64,000 bases of DNA from a virus (IMGVR_UViG_3300049472_000168:32001-96000); one strand, 5' to 3'; counted from the stretch's first letter, positions 9,438 through 19,760 are shown. Translations and numbers: made by a program. Notes: generated by a model from the letters alone, not told the origin.

Positions 9438-10495
9438 ATCAGCAAGACCTAGACTCCAATAGACACTTCAGACTCTTTGCGACATCCGTTGAAAGAGCGA
9501 TTGCAAAATACGGATATCTCCAGGAAACAGACATCACTGAGATGCAGAAGGCCCAGGTCGAAAAGCTTGTTGGTCTCGAATCAGAATGGAGGGATGCCTT
9601 AGTCAAAAGTGACAGAGGACAAGATATCTATGAGGCCTTTGTTTCTCATATCCTGGACGAGAGGAGAAATATCTTAGCCGCTAGGCCATTTTTCAGAGAG
9701 CGTCAAAAGATTTTTACGGTCTCCATCAGCCCCGCACTGAAGGCCAGGAATTGGGAGGAGATCCAAAAATTTCACGTCAACTGGACTTTCATCAGATTTG
9801 CGTCAAAACGAAACCTCGACAAGAAATCTGAGGTCTACAGATTGACCAAGGAAATCGAGAAGGCCAGGATGGAGTTGGTAGAGATGAATCTACCCCTAGC
9901 AATTTCGAGGTCAAGGATCTTCTGGTCCAGAACACCAAAATCTCACCTCACCTTCATGGACTTTGTATCCATTGCCACAGAGGGTCTCCTGGCAGCCGTG
10001 GATAAATTTGTTTTACCCTATTCAGAAGTCTTCAGGTCGGTTGCTATTGGTAGAATGGTCGGGAACTTTATCGAATCCTACTCTGATACCATGCTCCATT
10101 TTTACCCCAACGACCGTAGGAAGATTTACAGGGCCAATAAGTATATGTCGAAGAGGCCTACTGGAGATTACCAGACCTCCGAACTGGTCGATGTCGTCAA
10201 CAAAGGGGCAAAACTCCGACAACAGACCTCAGATCTCGAAATCAAAGAACTCGTCGCCGCCATTTCTATTTTGCCGTTCGACCTCAAGCCAGACACCGGG
10301 ATGTCAGATAGTCATGGCAACGATATCCAGGAAATCGGAGGTAAGATAGAAGCCAGTCCAGATTCGAGGCCAGATGTCAGAGCAGAAAAGACAGAGGCCT
10401 CCAGAATCGTTTTTGAGGCAATCAAAGATCTTCCTTTAATTGACCAAAAACTTCTGAGGCTGAAGGGGGTTGACATCAATGCTATGGCGTGGTAA
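9434..10495 (+). CDS. phage-encoded sigma70-family sigma factor
   Basis: region-2-like LVEMNLPLAISRS...DFVSIATEGLLAAVDKF; truncated region 4 (LPLIDQKLLRLKG). Confidence 0.75.
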   Translation: MNQQDLDSNRHFRLFATSVERAIAKYGYLQETDITEMQKAQVEKLVGLESEWRDALVKSDRGQDIYEAFVSHILDERRNILAARPFFRERQKIFTVSISPALKARNWEEIQKFHVNWTFIRFASKRNLDKKSEVYRLTKEIEKARMELVEMNLPLAISRSRIFWSRTPKSHLTFMDFVSIATEGLLAAVDKFVLPYSEVFRSVAIGRMVGNFIESYSDTMLHFYPNDRRKIYRANKYMSKRPTGDYQTSELVDVVNKGAKLRQQTSDLEIKELVAAISILPFDLKPDTGMSDSHGNDIQEIGGKIEASPDSRPDVRAEKTEASRIVFEAIKDLPLIDQKLLRLKGVDINAMAW

Positions 10496-10516
10496 ATTCC
10501 TACATTGGAGGATTTT

Positions 10517-10855
10517 ATGTTTAGAACTAGTCAGAACACTGTGGCGTGTAGGCCGTTCCCGGAGAAAATTCAGAAAACTGAGAAGAAGACTGGGTTGGCG
10601 TTTGGCAATTTGACCACAGCACTAGTAGAACTCGAAGTGGTTGCGGAGTGTTACGGACCTACAGGTCTTTCCTCTAACTTAAGAGTGAATGATCACGTAT
10701 TTGTCCGCCCCGACCGTTCGATTCAGCCCTGGGCCAAAGAAATCTGTAAAGCTCCGGGGATAGAGGGGGATTTTATCTTGGTCCCCATCAATGAGGTTCT
10801 GCTACATAGAAGCAGAGAGGAATTGCCGGAATTGCGAAAGGCGGAGGAAAAATAA
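10517..10855 (+). CDS. GroES/Cpn10-like co-chaperonin (putative)
   Basis: GGAGG SD; layout VACRP..EKKTGLAF (mobile loop)..EVVAE..VNDHVFV..FILVPINEVL matches Cpn10. Confidence 0.55.
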   Translation: MFRTSQNTVACRPFPEKIQKTEKKTGLAFGNLTTALVELEVVAECYGPTGLSSNLRVNDHVFVRPDRSIQPWAKEICKAPGIEGDFILVPINEVLLHRSREELPELRKAEEK

Positions 10856-10856
10856 A

Positions 10857-11597
10857 ATGGGATACACGACGGAATTTGAGGGAGCCTTCAGGGTCTCTCC
10901 AGCGTTTAGAGAGGTAGATGCGATATATCTACAAAGATTTTGTGAAACACGTCGAATGACGTGGAATGTGGACAAAATCTTTAATCGACTCGATTCAATT
11001 CGCGAGGCCGTATTGCTCCCAATTGGGGGGGATGGGGAATATTTTACCGGTGCTGTAGGATTCGCTGGTCAAGAAGACGGACCATGTGTACTAGACTTCA
11101 ATAGACCTCCAGGTTCTCAGCCTGGCCTTTGGTGTCATTGGGTACCGACGAAAGATAGGAAAGGTCTCGAATGGGACGGAGGAGAAAAATTCTATCATTA
11201 CGTCGAATGGCTTGAATATTTGATCGAACATTTTCTTACTCCGTGGGGTTATGTCGTTTCGGGTACCGTGAAGTGGAGTGGAGAGGAAGAAGAGGACAAC
11301 GGAACAATTTTCGTAGAAAATAATGTAGTGAAAACGACAACGGAAGAAGATGTCCCTGTTGTTGTCAAACCATATGAGCGTACGATTCGTCCTGAGTTCA
11401 ATTATCATCAACTCAACCAAGAAGGGGTAAGAAAGGCGAAGACGGTTTCGATTCTTTTTTCTAATCTTCTCGATGAACTCGAAGGCATTTGTGGTTCTGG
11501 CAGAGAAATTGCAATCGTCCGGACAAAACTGGAGGAGGCCTCGTTCTTTGCGAAAAAAGCTGTAGCTGTCAATCCAGATAACCAGCAACTCAAATGA
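10857..11597 (+). CDS. hypothetical domain fused to C-terminal Acb2/Tad1-like helical-hairpin (nucleotide sponge) domain
   Basis: C-terminal FNYHQLN...CGSGREIAIVRTKLEEASFFAKKAVA pattern. Confidence 0.65.
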   Translation: MGYTTEFEGAFRVSPAFREVDAIYLQRFCETRRMTWNVDKIFNRLDSIREAVLLPIGGDGEYFTGAVGFAGQEDGPCVLDFNRPPGSQPGLWCHWVPTKDRKGLEWDGGEKFYHYVEWLEYLIEHFLTPWGYVVSGTVKWSGEEEEDNGTIFVENNVVKTTTEEDVPVVVKPYERTIRPEFNYHQLNQEGVRKAKTVSILFSNLLDELEGICGSGREIAIVRTKLEEASFFAKKAVAVNPDNQQLK

Positions 11598-12583
11598 AGA
11601 TTCTTCTAGTCGGCGATGTCCATAGTAATCCTGACGAACTCCAGGACTGCGAGACTTTACTCGACCTAGTCGAAGTGACAGCATTTATGGAGCAAGTAGA
11701 TGCTGTTGTCTTCATGGGGGACCTCTACAATACTCACGACATCGTCAATGTGAGATGTATCGAGTTCTGGAATCGCAGATTTAGGTCTCTGAAGTCAAAG
11801 GTCAAGGAAGTATTTGCATTGGTCGGAAATCACGACCAGGTGACACCTACAAAAGCATTTCCTCATTCATTGGTGGCTCACCAGGATTTAATCAAGGTCG
11901 TAGATAAGCCTGGTATTTTTCTAGGAACTAAGCTAGACGGAGTCGCGATGATTCCGTATACCCATAGTCCTCAGGAATTTGTCGCTGCCGCAAACGATGT
12001 GGGCGGCAAGATCTTGTTATGTCATCAGACCTTTCAGGGGGCCACCTACGAAAATGGGTTCTACGCCAAGGATGCTGTTGAAACCAAAGATATTCCCCAC
12101 CCCGTAGTATTTAGCGGACACATCCACAGCCCTCAGAAGATTTCCCAGGTCCAGTATATTGGGGCTCCCAGATGGAGGACCCGTTCGGACGCCAATCTCG
12201 ATAGGCATCTATGGATTGTCAATACATCTACAGGGAAAGTAGAGTCAAAGGTCCCTACTGATGGATGTCGTAGAATCCACGTCTTTACCGATACTCCGGA
12301 GGCTCCTCTCATGGTGGTTGGATATAAGTCAGGAGACCGATTGTTGGTCGATGTCTATGGCAAGGATGCTAAAACAGTAAGAGACCGGGAATCCTACATC
12401 AAAACAGCATATCCGGGAGCAATTACCAGAGGATTCCCGGATAAAGCAAAGGTCTCGGCAGTTTCTGAATCCGAAGGAATCTCGGTAGCATTCAAGAAGT
12501 TTTCTGAGTCCTACAACCCTCCCCTCGGCACCTCTAGGCAGACACTATACCAAATGTTGGAGTCCAGACTTGGACAATCTTAG
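11594..12583 (+). CDS. Mre11/SbcD-like metallophosphoesterase nuclease (gp47-like)
   Basis: GDVH, GDL, GNHD, CHQ, SGHIH motifs; Rad50 partner in the window. Confidence 0.88.
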   Translation: MKILLVGDVHSNPDELQDCETLLDLVEVTAFMEQVDAVVFMGDLYNTHDIVNVRCIEFWNRRFRSLKSKVKEVFALVGNHDQVTPTKAFPHSLVAHQDLIKVVDKPGIFLGTKLDGVAMIPYTHSPQEFVAAANDVGGKILLCHQTFQGATYENGFYAKDAVETKDIPHPVVFSGHIHSPQKISQVQYIGAPRWRTRSDANLDRHLWIVNTSTGKVESKVPTDGCRRIHVFTDTPEAPLMVVGYKSGDRLLVDVYGKDAKTVRDRESYIKTAYPGAITRGFPDKAKVSAVSESEGISVAFKKFSESYNPPLGTSRQTLYQMLESRLGQS

Positions 12584-12959
12584 CAATGACGAACAAATCG
12601 CGGTTCTCCGAGGACTGACGAAGAGAACCGAGATCTTGCATGAGGCCCAGGTCCTCCAACTCAGGCTGTGGCCGTTTGCTGTAGATCCTAGCCTCTCCAA
12701 TTCGGAGGCTTCAATAGACTTCCCAACACACCAGGTATCTTTTGCCTGGAAGGATACCGATAAATCACAGACATGGAAGGCAACATCGAAATATCTATCA
12801 GGGATCGATAGACTCCAGGAATCGGTCAGGTTCCTGCTCGGTAACGGCTGGAAGATTTCAGTTTCCATGAATGGTAAGAAATTCTTTCCTCCGACAAAGA
12901 AATCGAAACCAAAGAAGACCAAGAAGAAGCCAGATGTCAGAAGAACTAGACGTAAGTAG
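12570..12959 (+). CDS. hypothetical protein
   Basis: ORF within operon; start uncertain. Confidence 0.5.
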   Translation: MDNLSNDEQIAVLRGLTKRTEILHEAQVLQLRLWPFAVDPSLSNSEASIDFPTHQVSFAWKDTDKSQTWKATSKYLSGIDRLQESVRFLLGNGWKISVSMNGKKFFPPTKKSKPKKTKKKPDVRRTRRK

Positions 12960-13536
12960 AGATCTGTCCTGGCTCCAGGAGTCGGAGAGGTTTGCTTTAT
13001 CCTACTTCGAGTCGAAACAGGGCGTCGGAAGCTCTCAGTATTCGCCTATTTCTCCTCTGGCCGCCGAGGCCATGTATCCTTTATTCCTCCAGGGCAGGAC
13101 GTTTGACGAAATCCGAAAACTAAATCCGCACTTCAGCCTGGGTCAAATCGTATCTGCCGCAGTAAATGCTAATTGGTTTGATCGTAGACAGGCCCATTCC
13201 CATGCTGCTGTTTCGAGGGCAAGGGCTAGGGCCATTCTTGCTGCTGCCGATGGAGTCGAGCTGGCCTCGGATATCATCGCAGCTCTGAGGGCCCAGCATG
13301 GTGACGCTATTGCGAAGTATCTCCAGACCGGAGATGTCAATGTCCTGAATCAGGCGACTTCCATTGATACTATCAGGAAGATCAAGGAGGCCGGAGAAGT
13401 CCTGATGAAACTGACAGGACAGGACCAGATCAAGAGGGTTTCGGTATCCGGTACTGTGGATTTTAAACAACAAGAGGAGAATTCTTCTTCAAAAATTCGA
13501 GACTGGGCAAGATCTAAAAAAGAAGCCGAAAGATGA
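12934..13536 (+). CDS. putative terminase small subunit
   Basis: helical protein immediately upstream of and overlapping TerL; positional call. Confidence 0.5.
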   Translation: MSEELDVSRDLSWLQESERFALSYFESKQGVGSSQYSPISPLAAEAMYPLFLQGRTFDEIRKLNPHFSLGQIVSAAVNANWFDRRQAHSHAAVSRARARAILAAADGVELASDIIAALRAQHGDAIAKYLQTGDVNVLNQATSIDTIRKIKEAGEVLMKLTGQDQIKRVSVSGTVDFKQQEENSSSKIRDWARSKKEAER

Positions 13537-15536
13537 TTGCTGGACTGGACCTGGATAGGAGGCGAGAACTATTTAGGATTTGTAGATCTAAGTCTGAATT
13601 GAAGGACTGGATCTATTTTTTCTTAGACCTCGAACTGCCTGATGTTATCGTAGACCCCCAATCCAACACAACTCCTATGGATATGGCATGGGACACCTAT
13701 GCTCATTTTACGGGTCAGATCACTGATGCAGAAGTTTCTCGAATTCTTTATTACGCAGCAAGAGATGCAGGAAAAACTTTAACTCAAAGTGTTATCGAAG
13801 TTCTAGCTCTTCTTCACCTCGATGTCAACGTTGTACATCTTGCTGCTATTATCCAGCAAAGCCAAAATGCTCAAAAATATTTAAAAGCGTTTTTAAATCG
13901 AAGCGACACCATAGGGTTTCTTGAGGGCAACAATATAAGGGTAACAGAGGTGTGCCTATACCGTCCAGAAGATCCGACCGATGACGGAATAGTGCTGACA
14001 GAAAAGGAGTGGTTAACATTAAATCAGAATCAACAGCGGGGGTATTATAGAGTTCAGAATAGAGCTGAAATCATAGTGGCGACGATGCAGTCTACCAATG
14101 GTCTCCACGCCGGAATAGTTTGCTTGGACGAAATCGATGTCTTGTCCAACCCAGCGGCTTATGCCGAATCCGTCAATATTCCTACAGCAGTGAAGCGTAG
14201 GGACGGTAAAACTCAGATGCCTTTAACTATTCTCACTTCGACTAGGAAGTCAGCATTCGGTTTGGTCCAGGATGAAATCAACAAGGCACCTCTGACTGGT
14301 CTGCGGGTTAAACATTTCAACATCCTCGACGTGACCGAGAGGTGCCCTCCTCAGAGACATCGTCCAGACCTACCGGAAGCACAGATGTGGGTATCAACAG
14401 ACGAACTGAGACATGTTGATGACGCCACATATCGGCAGATGTCCTTCAAGGAAAAAGAGTCGTTTTCTTTAGCTACCGGTTTTAGCGGTTGCCAGAATTG
14501 CAGACTCTTCGTCGCTTGTCGAGGTCGTCTTGCTACGGCCCAGACTTCGACCTCGAAGTTCTTGAAACCGATCCAACACGTCATCAATCAATTCAAGAAT
14601 AATTCAATTGATATGGCGAAGGCCCAATTACTTTGTCTCAAGCCTAGCTCTACAGGTTTGGTCTACTCCAGACTGGACCGGATGAAACACGTCATCACTC
14701 CTGCTGAGGCCTACTACAAGGTTTTTGGTGAAGAGGTCCAGGATCCCCAGAATTTTTCAAAAGCCCAACTGATGGATGCCTTGGCTGCCAGAGATGTGGG
14801 TTGGTTCGGTGGGCTCGACTGGGGTAGTACTCATAATTTTGCCTACGTCCATGGCTTCAAAGACCATAACAGAGGTTTTGTAACTCATTGTGTCAGTATC
14901 GCAGAACTAGACCCAGACCAGATGTTGGATGTCTGCGCCCCGTTTAAGAGATTTGATCCCCAGATCTATCCGGATACTGCGGATCCCAAGATGAATAAGC
15001 TGTTCAAGAAAAACGGCTACAGGATGATGAAGTGGAAGAAGGGTCCAGGCTCCGTGATCGGAGGCATCAATATCGTGAGATGGATGCTGAACCCTCCTAT
15101 GGGGGACCCAAACCTATTTATTGTCAGAGACCTCGGAGATGACCCCCAGATCGATTTGCTCTGGGATAACCTGTCTCAGTACCACTGGAAGCTAGATGCA
15201 GCGAGGAAGCCTACAGCGGTGCCGTCAGAAGACAAAGACGACGAGCCCGATGCCTTCAGATACGCCATTATGAATGTATTCGACCCCAGTGCTGGACAGA
15301 TCGTCACCTCCACGATGAGGACAGAGGATACCGAGGCCCAGGAGTTCTCGGCTCCAGGGAACGGCGGACTCTACGACCCCAAACACTGGATGACCCAAGT
15401 CATTTCGGAGAGGACCGGACAGGCTCCGAATTTTGTCCAGACCCGACCCCCGATGGAAACCTCTAAACCACAGTCATATTATGGGGAAGAGGTTCCGACC
15501 AAAGGGAAGAAGGGTCGCCTGATATTCGATATCTAG
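13533..15536 (+). CDS. terminase large subunit
   Basis: AARDAGKT Walker A, CLDEID Walker B, TST, nuclease motifs GLDWG and DDEPDAFRY. Confidence 0.9.
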   Translation: MIAGLDLDRRRELFRICRSKSELKDWIYFFLDLELPDVIVDPQSNTTPMDMAWDTYAHFTGQITDAEVSRILYYAARDAGKTLTQSVIEVLALLHLDVNVVHLAAIIQQSQNAQKYLKAFLNRSDTIGFLEGNNIRVTEVCLYRPEDPTDDGIVLTEKEWLTLNQNQQRGYYRVQNRAEIIVATMQSTNGLHAGIVCLDEIDVLSNPAAYAESVNIPTAVKRRDGKTQMPLTILTSTRKSAFGLVQDEINKAPLTGLRVKHFNILDVTERCPPQRHRPDLPEAQMWVSTDELRHVDDATYRQMSFKEKESFSLATGFSGCQNCRLFVACRGRLATAQTSTSKFLKPIQHVINQFKNNSIDMAKAQLLCLKPSSTGLVYSRLDRMKHVITPAEAYYKVFGEEVQDPQNFSKAQLMDALAARDVGWFGGLDWGSTHNFAYVHGFKDHNRGFVTHCVSIAELDPDQMLDVCAPFKRFDPQIYPDTADPKMNKLFKKNGYRMMKWKKGPGSVIGGINIVRWMLNPPMGDPNLFIVRDLGDDPQIDLLWDNLSQYHWKLDAARKPTAVPSEDKDDEPDAFRYAIMNVFDPSAGQIVTSTMRTEDTEAQEFSAPGNGGLYDPKHWMTQVISERTGQAPNFVQTRPPMETSKPQSYYGEEVPTKGKKGRLIFDI

Positions 15537-15540
15537 CCCC

Positions 15541-15546
15541 AATCTT
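15541..15546 (+). promoter_or_regulatory. late-promoter motif AATCTT
   Basis: 9 nt before ATG 15556, no SD; same motif at 19748, 28687, 30041, 45225, 52003, 59147, 60017, 61262. Confidence 0.7.
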
Positions 15547-15555
15547 GTTCAACAG

Positions 15556-16521
15556 ATGTCTACACTAAATCGAAGCTCTCAGGTCATCATTTTTGATGAC
15601 TACCAGGTGTCCAACAATCCTCAGCTAAGAGTTGTCGATTGGAGACGAAAAATCGAATCAATTCCGGTATCTAACCCGAAAACGACGGTTCTTCAGATCG
15701 ATCCATCAGCAGAGGTCCAGGTATTTAATGGGACCAGGTCCATTACCTTAGACAATACGACTCAAATCGCGTTATCTCTGACGACTGTTGACCCTACTCG
15801 ATATCGATTGGCCTGGACCGGAACCGGAACGACCCCTGGATTCCGAACCTCTAGATCGGTATCATCCAGCGGTGGCAGCATCACAATTGTATTAAATGCA
15901 AATCAGACCGTGACTATTACCCACAGCGCCGGGGCGATTTTCGGCGCCGTCCAGGTCGGAGATACCTGCTATATCCCGGGTCCTTCAACGGGAGATGCTT
16001 CAGTTTTTAATCCCCTCAACGAGGGATACTGGAACGTATTGAGTGCTAGTTCTACGACTGTAGTCCTAAGTCGGGCATCGGGAGGTGTCTTTTCCGGTGC
16101 TTCTCAGGTTGTGGCAATTTCTAATAATTCACAATTCCAGGTCTTCTCCACTACTGGGGTCCAGGTCGGGGATGTCTTGGATATCTCTGCTGGCTTCAGC
16201 GTCTCCACCAGGGCTTCATATCGAGTCCTGGCGGTTACTGCGTCTCAGGTTGATATCATGTCAACCATCCCTCTAGGGGCCGAAACTGTACTTCCTGGGG
16301 CCACTGGAATCTCTATCTACAGCAGCGCGAAACGTTTCGTCTATGTCGAATCGGACCAAGCCGTTGCGGTTAAATTCAATGGCACCTCGGATGAATCGAA
16401 CCGGCTCGAACCCGTGGGCTCTACTCCTGGTGTTTTCGAGAAATGGGGAACAGCGTTTTCTCTATCGATTAAGAACAAGACTACATCGAGAGCCAGCGTG
16501 ATGGTCATCACGGCGGAATAA
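15556..16521 (+). CDS. beta-rich virion structural protein
   Basis: S/T/G/V-rich; lies between TerL and portal. Confidence 0.6.
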   Translation: MSTLNRSSQVIIFDDYQVSNNPQLRVVDWRRKIESIPVSNPKTTVLQIDPSAEVQVFNGTRSITLDNTTQIALSLTTVDPTRYRLAWTGTGTTPGFRTSRSVSSSGGSITIVLNANQTVTITHSAGAIFGAVQVGDTCYIPGPSTGDASVFNPLNEGYWNVLSASSTTVVLSRASGGVFSGASQVVAISNNSQFQVFSTTGVQVGDVLDISAGFSVSTRASYRVLAVTASQVDIMSTIPLGAETVLPGATGISIYSSAKRFVYVESDQAVAVKFNGTSDESNRLEPVGSTPGVFEKWGTAFSLSIKNKTTSRASVMVITAE

Positions 16522-16522
16522 C

Positions 16523-18595
16523 ATGGCACCCAGAAAAAAAGTTTCCAATATCACGTTTGGTCTTTCTGAGACCGAACAGCAATCCGCAGATCTAGCAAAA
16601 TCGGAAGCCGACCGAAGGTCTGGTTCCGAGGGGCCGACTCTGGTCAAGTCTATCGTTAACATCCTGAATGGGTCCCCGGATTCAATCGAGAGACTGGCCT
16701 TTGAGTCTAATCCGACTCTGAATAATAGGTACTCCGGTATCTACAGAACCAAGACCAGACTTGTTCCAGATGATGTCTGTAAACGAATTGCAATCCAGGA
16801 TTCCTTGGTTTCCAATATCGTTAGAGCCCGTCAGAACCACGTCTCTATGTTCGGGAGACCTCGTCCAAATCGATTTTCGACTGGATACGTAATTGAGCCA
16901 GAAGTAGGTATTCTTGACGACCTCGACGAGGCAGGGAAAAAGGAACTCAACGAGCAAATCGAAAGGGCTGTCAGGCTTCTGAATTTCTGCGGCCATACTG
17001 AAGGTCTGCCCGAACCTGACAGAGTTACTTTTGCTGAATACCTCAGCTTAAGTGCGAGGTCGGGTGTAGTCGTAGGTAGGTTAGCTACAGAAATTATTTA
17101 TGTCCAGGACCCAGCGGGAAATAAGAAATTCCACCACTTCGCCGCGACTGATGCTGGTACTATTTATAAGGCAACTACCGATACTCAGTCACAGGAGTCA
17201 GTACGACAGGAGGCCTTCAATCTGCTTGTCGAGGTCACTGGCAAAAAGAACCTGAAACGGGAGAGATTTGAAAAGAATGAGTACGCCTGGATCCAAGTAA
17301 TAGAAGGCACCCCTCGTCAGGTCTTTACCTCTGATGAGATGAAGGTCTACAACTTCTATGCGGTTCCTGATGTCGAGCTAGATGGATATCCGGTTACTCC
17401 TATTGATACCGTGATCACTGCGATCACAACCCATATCAATATTGTAACCCATAACAAGTTGTACTTTCAGAGCGGCAGAGCTGCCAAAGGTATGGTTGTC
17501 ATCAAGTCGGATGATGCCACACCTACGATGATCCACAACGTCAAGCAGCAGTTCAATAACTCGATTAATAGCGTCAACAATTCCCATAGGCTCCCAGTAT
17601 TTGGTTGCGGTGTTGATGAATCGGTGACGTGGCAACCTATTGATGGTGGCGGCTCCAAAGATATGGAGTTTCAGTACCTCACCGACATGAATGCTAGAGA
17701 AATTCTCACAGCATTCATGATGTCTCCGGATGAATTGCCTGGCTGGAGCTATCTCAGCAGAGGTACTAATTCTCAATCGCTGTCTGAATCGAACAACGAG
17801 TACAAGCTGACAGCCGCACGAGATGTCGGGCTCAAGCCACTAATCCTTGGGTTTGAAGACTTCATCAATACCCACCTGTTGCCTCTGATTGACCCCGACC
17901 TAGCCAAGAAGGCAAAGGTTCGTCTGGCAGGCCTCGATGCTGACAATGCAGAAAAAGAAGCCGTCAGAATCCAGCAAGACATGAATATCTGGGAGACCTA
18001 TGATGGTATCCTGGAACGAGTCGAGAAGAAGCCAATAGGCATCGAGTTTGGTGGCTCCATTCCTCTGAACCAGGCGATTAAATCGTACTGGGATCAGTAT
18101 TTCACTGTTGGCGAAATCCTGGAAAAATGGTGTGGTCGTCAGGGCGCATCAAAAGACCCCCAATTGGCCTATCGCAGAGATCCGTTTTGGTTCCAGTGGG
18201 TCCAGCTCCAGCAACAGGCCCAGCAGCTCCAGCAACAGGCCCAGATGCAGCAACAGCAAGCTGCCCAGGGTGGTCAGCCAGGCGGTGGACAAGGTCAATC
18301 GGACCAACCCAAAGAACAGACCGAAAATCAAAAATCCGCAGCAGTAGACGAGGCCTCAGCCAAAGGATCTACTCAGGGCCAAGGAGCATCCGAAGCCACA
18401 GACTTGGCTAGGTCCATCGATGTCGCCATGGAATATCTGACGAAATCAGAAGGCCAGTTGCCTCCGGAGAAACGCAGAATCCTAGCAAGACAAAGAAAGA
18501 CTGTAGACCACTTCATGAGGGGCTTCGTCGAAGACAGTAAAGAGACCATCGACGAAATCCTTTCCATTGCGCGTCACCACGCACCGAAGAAATAA
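16523..18595 (+). CDS. portal protein
   Basis: position; GYPVTPID, NKLYFQSG, DMEFQ, AFMMSPDELP, DVGLKPLI motifs; Q-rich C-terminal tail. Confidence 0.88.
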   Translation: MAPRKKVSNITFGLSETEQQSADLAKSEADRRSGSEGPTLVKSIVNILNGSPDSIERLAFESNPTLNNRYSGIYRTKTRLVPDDVCKRIAIQDSLVSNIVRARQNHVSMFGRPRPNRFSTGYVIEPEVGILDDLDEAGKKELNEQIERAVRLLNFCGHTEGLPEPDRVTFAEYLSLSARSGVVVGRLATEIIYVQDPAGNKKFHHFAATDAGTIYKATTDTQSQESVRQEAFNLLVEVTGKKNLKRERFEKNEYAWIQVIEGTPRQVFTSDEMKVYNFYAVPDVELDGYPVTPIDTVITAITTHINIVTHNKLYFQSGRAAKGMVVIKSDDATPTMIHNVKQQFNNSINSVNNSHRLPVFGCGVDESVTWQPIDGGGSKDMEFQYLTDMNAREILTAFMMSPDELPGWSYLSRGTNSQSLSESNNEYKLTAARDVGLKPLILGFEDFINTHLLPLIDPDLAKKAKVRLAGLDADNAEKEAVRIQQDMNIWETYDGILERVEKKPIGIEFGGSIPLNQAIKSYWDQYFTVGEILEKWCGRQGASKDPQLAYRRDPFWFQWVQLQQQAQQLQQQAQMQQQQAAQGGQPGGGQGQSDQPKEQTENQKSAAVDEASAKGSTQGQGASEATDLARSIDVAMEYLTKSEGQLPPEKRRILARQRKTVDHFMRGFVEDSKETIDEILSIARHHAPKK

Positions 18596-19387
18596 ATGCC
18601 AGCCCATGCCTTAGGAGCCAGAGCTGTCTCCAAAATTCATGCCGCAGTTGAAGCCCTCTTCGACAGGGCCAAGGCCAGATTCCTAGGGAGAAGGCCTCCG
18701 AAGGAAATCAGGATAGGCATCAGGACTCCTCCAGTAGGTGTCAGAGATGACTTGACCCTAGGCGGAGTCTTTGACCACAGCGCCCAATCCGAAGGCTTCA
18801 AGCCATCGGAGAATCTCAGGGAATCCCTGAACCGAGTCGCTTCCGGATATCTCGATGCCCATAAAGAACTAGCCAAAGTCAAGGCAGTCAATGCCGTGCA
18901 TAACTGGTTACAGGAAGCCGCCGCGAAGAAGACCAAAACAGATGTCGATACCGTCCTAGGTGGCGAACTCACAGACCTGATGAGAGAGGTTACGGCTAAT
19001 GTCAAGAAAATCGCAGAAGCCGAAACGAATCGAGCCAAGAATTCCGGGACCATCGACGGCATCGCTAAGATCGCAGCGGTTACGGGGCAGGACGATCCGC
19101 TGGTCTACTTCGTAATCGTCAGAGACGGCCACGTCTGTGATGAATGCCTAAGACTCCATCAAGTAACTGGGACTATTTCGGGACCACCGAAGGTCTACAA
19201 ACTATCCGAAGTCGGCCACGGCTATCACAAAAAAGGCCAAGAAAATCCGAAGGTTACCGGACTTCATCCTCATTGTAGGTGTAGTCTTGTCTACATCGGC
19301 AAAGGCTTCGGATTTAATGACGAAGGAAAGCTGACCTATATCTCAAATGACCACGACGAGTGGTCGGCTCAGAGAGATCAAGGATAA
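18596..19387 (+). CDS. MuF/gp7-like head morphogenesis protein
   Basis: follows portal; CDEC...LHPHCRC. Confidence 0.7.
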   Translation: MPAHALGARAVSKIHAAVEALFDRAKARFLGRRPPKEIRIGIRTPPVGVRDDLTLGGVFDHSAQSEGFKPSENLRESLNRVASGYLDAHKELAKVKAVNAVHNWLQEAAAKKTKTDVDTVLGGELTDLMREVTANVKKIAEAETNRAKNSGTIDGIAKIAAVTGQDDPLVYFVIVRDGHVCDECLRLHQVTGTISGPPKVYKLSEVGHGYHKKGQENPKVTGLHPHCRCSLVYIGKGFGFNDEGKLTYISNDHDEWSAQRDQG

Positions 19388-19707
19388 AGAGTTGGGCGGG
19401 TCAGGATCGCTAGTCCTTGTCTGGTCCTAGCCAGACCTACGTCCAGGCCAAACAACTCCTCCTGTTCGTGTAGCTTCCGCATTTCTTGCTCTAGAAAAAA
19501 ACCTTCTAACTTCCTCGTAATTCCATATCTCGGATACCATCCAAGCATGTCCTTTACCTCATCAAATTGAGGTAACTGATTGAATAATTCATCGTCTAGG
19601 AGAAAATCTTTGACTTCGTCAAGGCTCCACGGAACGTAGGGGCGATTCCTCTCCACAGCCGCCGCCATCGCCATTTTGTTATTAAAACTATGTCTCCAGT
19701 TCGTCAT
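19378..19707 (-). CDS. hypothetical early protein (leaderless)
   Basis: TTGACT(19737-42)-N17-TATCAT(19714-19)-6 nt-ATG. Confidence 0.65.
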   Translation of the reverse strand: MTNWRHSFNNKMAMAAAVERNRPYVPWSLDEVKDFLLDDELFNQLPQFDEVKDMLGWYPRYGITRKLEGFFLEQEMRKLHEQEELFGLDVGLARTRQGLAILTRPTLYP

Positions 19708-19713
19708 TTCGAT

Positions 19714-19753
19714 ATGATATCTGGGTTCCTTCTACGAGTCAAGGCCCAATCTT
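19714..19753. promoter_or_regulatory. back-to-back sigma70 early (-) and AATCTT late (+) promoters
   Basis: -35 at 19737-19742; AATCTT at 19748-19753, 7 nt before ATG 19761. Confidence 0.7.
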
Positions 19754-19760
19754 TGGGGTA

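Noticed and set aside
12576-12588. AATCTT late promoter with leaderless ATG at 12586
   Set aside because: The gap is only 4 nt and the ATG is out of frame with the 12570 ORF; may be a chance match
14340-14540. Intein or intron in the terminase
   Set aside because: The Cys-rich insertion lacks intein terminal motifs and the frame is continuous; a Zn-binding insert is more likely
18203-18300. Poly-Q repeat in the portal as a special element
   Set aside because: Low-complexity disordered tail with one 21-nt duplication; common in portal C-termini
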